Positions 61,212 through 64,000 of a stretch of 64,000 nucleotides of DNA are shown here, in pieces. Below the pieces are notes generated by a model. That model saw only the letters and a program-made list of their open reading frames with translations, ran no database searches and was not told where the DNA came from. Both the position numbers and the translations under genes were made by a program. Where the stretch lies: the NCBI GenBank assembly GCA_032161105.1, contig JAVHTD010000001.1. The stretch is one strand, 5' to 3'. This DNA comes from Candidatus Thermosaccharophagus tengchongensis (GTDB lineage Bacteria > Armatimonadota > Fervidibacteria > Fervidibacterales > Thermosaccharophagaceae). Numbering within the stretch: the stretch's first letter is position 1; every line of letters starts with the position of its first letter.

Positions 61212-62645
61212 ATGGATTTTGAGCCGGTAATTGGGCTTGAAGTTCATGCGGAACTTCTTACGGAGAGCAAGATGTTCTGCAGCTGTCCAACAAAGTTTGG
61301 CTCTCCACCAAACACGCAAACTTGCCCAGTATGCCTCGGTTTTCCTGGAGTTTTGCCGACGGTTAACAAGAGGGCGATTGAGTATACCCTGAAAGTGGCT
61401 ATGGCATTGAACTGCCAAATAAATCGCCACACAATTTTTGAGCGCAAAAATTACTATTACCCTGACCTCCCAAAAGCCTATCAAATTTCGCAGAAGCGGC
61501 TGCCCATAGGACACGATGGCTACCTTGAGATTGAAGTTAATGGGGAAATAAGGCAAATTGGGATAGCAGATGTGCACATTGAAGAGGATACAGGAAAGCT
61601 CATCCATGGTGAGGAGGGTGGCTTTGAATTCAGCCTGATTGATTACAACCGAAGTGGCATCCCACTCGTTGAAATCGTCACAAAACCGGAGATAAGGTCC
61701 CTGAAAGAGCTTGAGGAGTTTATGGTAACATTGCGCCAATTATTGCTGTATCTTGAAGTGAGCGATTGCAAGATGGAACATGGTTCGCTCAGGTTTGAAG
61801 CAAGCGTTTCACTTCGCCCAGCAGGAAGCGAGGAGCTCGGGACGCGTGTTGAAATCAAAAACTTGAACTCATTCAAGGCTGTTTTAGGGGCAGTTGAAGC
61901 TGAAATAAGGCGTCAACAGCAATTGCTCATGCGCGGCGAAAAGATACAGCAACAGACGATGCTTTGGAATGAAAAAATGCGAATAACTGAGCCAATGCGA
62001 ACCAAAGAGACAGCTCATGACTATCGGTATTTCCCGGAGCCGGATATACCGCCGATTGTGATCACCGATGAATGGCTTGAAAATGTGAGGAAACAGTTGC
62101 CGGAGTTTCCGAGGCAGCGAATGCAGAGATTCATTGAGCAATATGGATTGCCAATTCAGGATGCAAAATTGCTAACCGCTTCCAAGGCAAGTGCCGATTT
62201 CTTTGAAAAATGTGTTTCCATTTTCCAGCAGCCGAAAATCGTGGCAAATTGGATGTTAACAGAGATACAAAGTTTGCTCCATGACGACCAGATTGGGTGG
62301 GAAGAGTGCCCATTAAAGCCGGAGCAGCTGGCTGGGATGTTGAAATTGATAAATGAAGGCGTAATTAGCGGCAGAATTGCCAAGTCAGTCCTTGAACAGA
62401 TGTATCGGACTGGAAAGGATGCGCAAACTATTGTCAATGAGATGGGCTTGGTTCAAATCACAGATGAGGCACAATTGCGTCCAATTATTGAGCGCGTAAT
62501 CGCTGAAAATCCGGATGCAGCGGAAAAATTCAGGAAGGGCGACGAAAAAGTCATAGGATTCTTCGTTGGTCAAGTCATGCGTGCTACAAAAGGAAGAGCC
62601 AACCCACAAATTGTCAACAAACTTATAAGGGAATTACTAACTTAA
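61212..62645 (+). CDS. gatB: Asp/Glu-tRNA amidotransferase subunit B
   Basis: VIGLEVHAEL, RKNYYYPDLPK, HIEEDTG, DYNRSGIPLVEIVT, EIKNLNS, DYRYFPEPD. Confidence 0.97.
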   Translation: MDFEPVIGLEVHAELLTESKMFCSCPTKFGSPPNTQTCPVCLGFPGVLPTVNKRAIEYTLKVAMALNCQINRHTIFERKNYYYPDLPKAYQISQKRLPIGHDGYLEIEVNGEIRQIGIADVHIEEDTGKLIHGEEGGFEFSLIDYNRSGIPLVEIVTKPEIRSLKELEEFMVTLRQLLLYLEVSDCKMEHGSLRFEASVSLRPAGSEELGTRVEIKNLNSFKAVLGAVEAEIRRQQQLLMRGEKIQQQTMLWNEKMRITEPMRTKETAHDYRYFPEPDIPPIVITDEWLENVRKQLPEFPRQRMQRFIEQYGLPIQDAKLLTASKASADFFEKCVSIFQQPKIVANWMLTEIQSLLHDDQIGWEECPLKPEQLAGMLKLINEGVISGRIAKSVLEQMYRTGKDAQTIVNEMGLVQITDEAQLRPIIERVIAENPDAAEKFRKGDEKVIGFFVGQVMRATKGRANPQIVNKLIRELLT

Positions 62646-62663
62646 ATCAAGCATCACTTCCGC

Positions 62664-64000
62664 TTAACCTTCAAGCCTTATGTAGTCAATTTCAATGAAA
62701 ATTCCCGTGCCAGAGCCTGGGTCAAGCCGTATTTGTAGTATTTTGCCGCGCCATTCTGGAGATTGCGATAAATCAACCCTTATTTCATGCCACTCGCCAT
62801 CAATTGGAAGGGGGAATTTTATGCTTTTGCTTTCGCTCCATTTCTTGTCATCCTCTCTGATCCAGAAAAGTTGTCCTATTGGAGAGGCATCTTTCGGAAA
62901 TTGCAGCCTTATTTTGAGGGATAATGTCCGGTATTTTGCCGCATCAATTTCAATTGATGGACCATGCATATAAGGGTCACCGCCTGTAGATTTTGTCGAC
63001 AAAATTCCATCCTTAACCGAAAATTCCTCCAAGTGGTTTGCCGGAACCCAGTCATCGGCATCAAACTCAAACTCCCAATTTGGTTTCTCCCAGACAACGC
63101 CTAATTGTCCGTAAACTTCCGGCTTCACTCCGATAACCTCAACCGAAAGCCTTTCGGAAACATGTGCGGTTTTGATTGTTAGCAGTTTTCGCCTGATGTC
63201 ATATCGCCAACTGCACCCACTAATTTCCTCAATTCTTTTGCCGTTTATTCGCAGTTCCTTCGGCATAGATACACATGCCACGATAGTGGTTGTTTCACTT
63301 ATACCTTTCGGCTGCGAAAGCGTGATTGTAAGGGTATCCCGAACAAATTTCACGGTTTCAATTAGAGCCTCGCTCGTGACCCTTATTTGTGTTTTTTCGG
63401 CAAAAATTGTCTCATAATCCCATGCATCATCATGCTCATTATGCAATAACCAGATATTGCGGACGATTCCGTAAGGACCTATTATTCCCTTGTCATTTGG
63501 ACCATAACGATATGTCAAAGAGACGCTATCGGGATAGTTTCCGTCTGGGTGATTGACCGCAGCCTGTTGCTGTATAGCGCAAACTGTTATTCCCTCGGCT
63601 ATATGGCGCCAAAATGTGGCATTTTGCCATGTGGAGGTGACTTTATCGCCGTATGCCGATTTTAACGCCTTTGATAGCTTGAGCAAAGCGTAGGCATAAT
63701 CAAGCCCGTTCCACTGAACTGGCGTCCCAAACCAAGGCGCAGCTGTAAAGAAACTCGTTCCGAACACCGGAATTGAAGCATAGCGCATCATCTGCGGTCT
63801 ATCTGGCGGATTCCATAGGTAAATAAACGGTATCCCAGTTTTTGCCCAGTATATTGCCCTTTCAAGCCAATAGCTATCGCGCGTTATTTGCCACGCTTCA
63901 AGATAGGCATGAATCGCATTTGCTGATGCGAGGACATCTGGGCAATGTAGCGGCACTTCCCAAGTTTGTGCGCCCTCCGGTCGGATAAATGCCCCATCAA
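62664..64000 (-). CDS. Hypothetical protein, 3' part, with C-terminal carbohydrate-binding-like domain (5' end outside window)
   Basis: Frame open to the window edge (..RPEGAQTWEVPLHCPD); WFGTPVQWNGL; tail GGDPY..DGEWHEIRVDL..WRGKILQIRLDP. Confidence 0.7.
   Translation of the reverse strand, partial: DGAFIRPEGAQTWEVPLHCPDVLASANAIHAYLEAWQITRDSYWLERAIYWAKTGIPFIYLWNPPDRPQMMRYASIPVFGTSFFTAAPWFGTPVQWNGLDYAYALLKLSKALKSAYGDKVTSTWQNATFWRHIAEGITVCAIQQQAAVNHPDGNYPDSVSLTYRYGPNDKGIIGPYGIVRNIWLLHNEHDDAWDYETIFAEKTQIRVTSEALIETVKFVRDTLTITLSQPKGISETTTIVACVSMPKELRINGKRIEEISGCSWRYDIRRKLLTIKTAHVSERLSVEVIGVKPEVYGQLGVVWEKPNWEFEFDADDWVPANHLEEFSVKDGILSTKSTGGDPYMHGPSIEIDAAKYRTLSLKIRLQFPKDASPIGQLFWIREDDKKWSESKSIKFPLPIDGEWHEIRVDLSQSPEWRGKILQIRLDPGSGTGIFIEIDYIRLEG

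Overview
Gene-dense bacterial chromosomal segment with about 46 CDS and one tRNA. I saw no CRISPR array, IS element, integrase or rRNA. Taxonomy is inference only: probably Armatimonadota and possibly thermophilic, from the prepilin/H-X9-DG protein, DUF6785-like and DUF4838-like proteins, SLH domains, Firmicutes-like gene orders and a diderm-type DnaK insert. Gene order: end of the F1Fo operon (atpH-A-G-D-C), murA, mreB; an unusual sulfur/Fe-S cluster (iscS-nadA-iscU-larE-rrf2-ubiquitin-like carrier) followed by an archaeal-type rtcB; envelope and hypothetical genes; yqeY-phoH-pgpH-ybeY; amidase; tRNA-Pro(CGG); a minus-strand block (secreted flavoprotein, SpoIVB-propeller fusion, CofE-like, AcuC, HAD, GT4); a grpE-less heat-shock cluster (dnaK-htrA-dnaJ-hspR-htrA-clpB); a prepilin-like gene followed by an orphan alternative C-terminal cassette; rtcA; and a more AT-rich block of exported hydrolase-like genes containing a lone gatB. 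The best candidate for an undescribed system is the iscS-nadA-iscU-[4Fe-4S]-larE-rrf2-Ubl(GG-IL)-rtcB locus. All family calls come from motif recognition by eye, with no database search.
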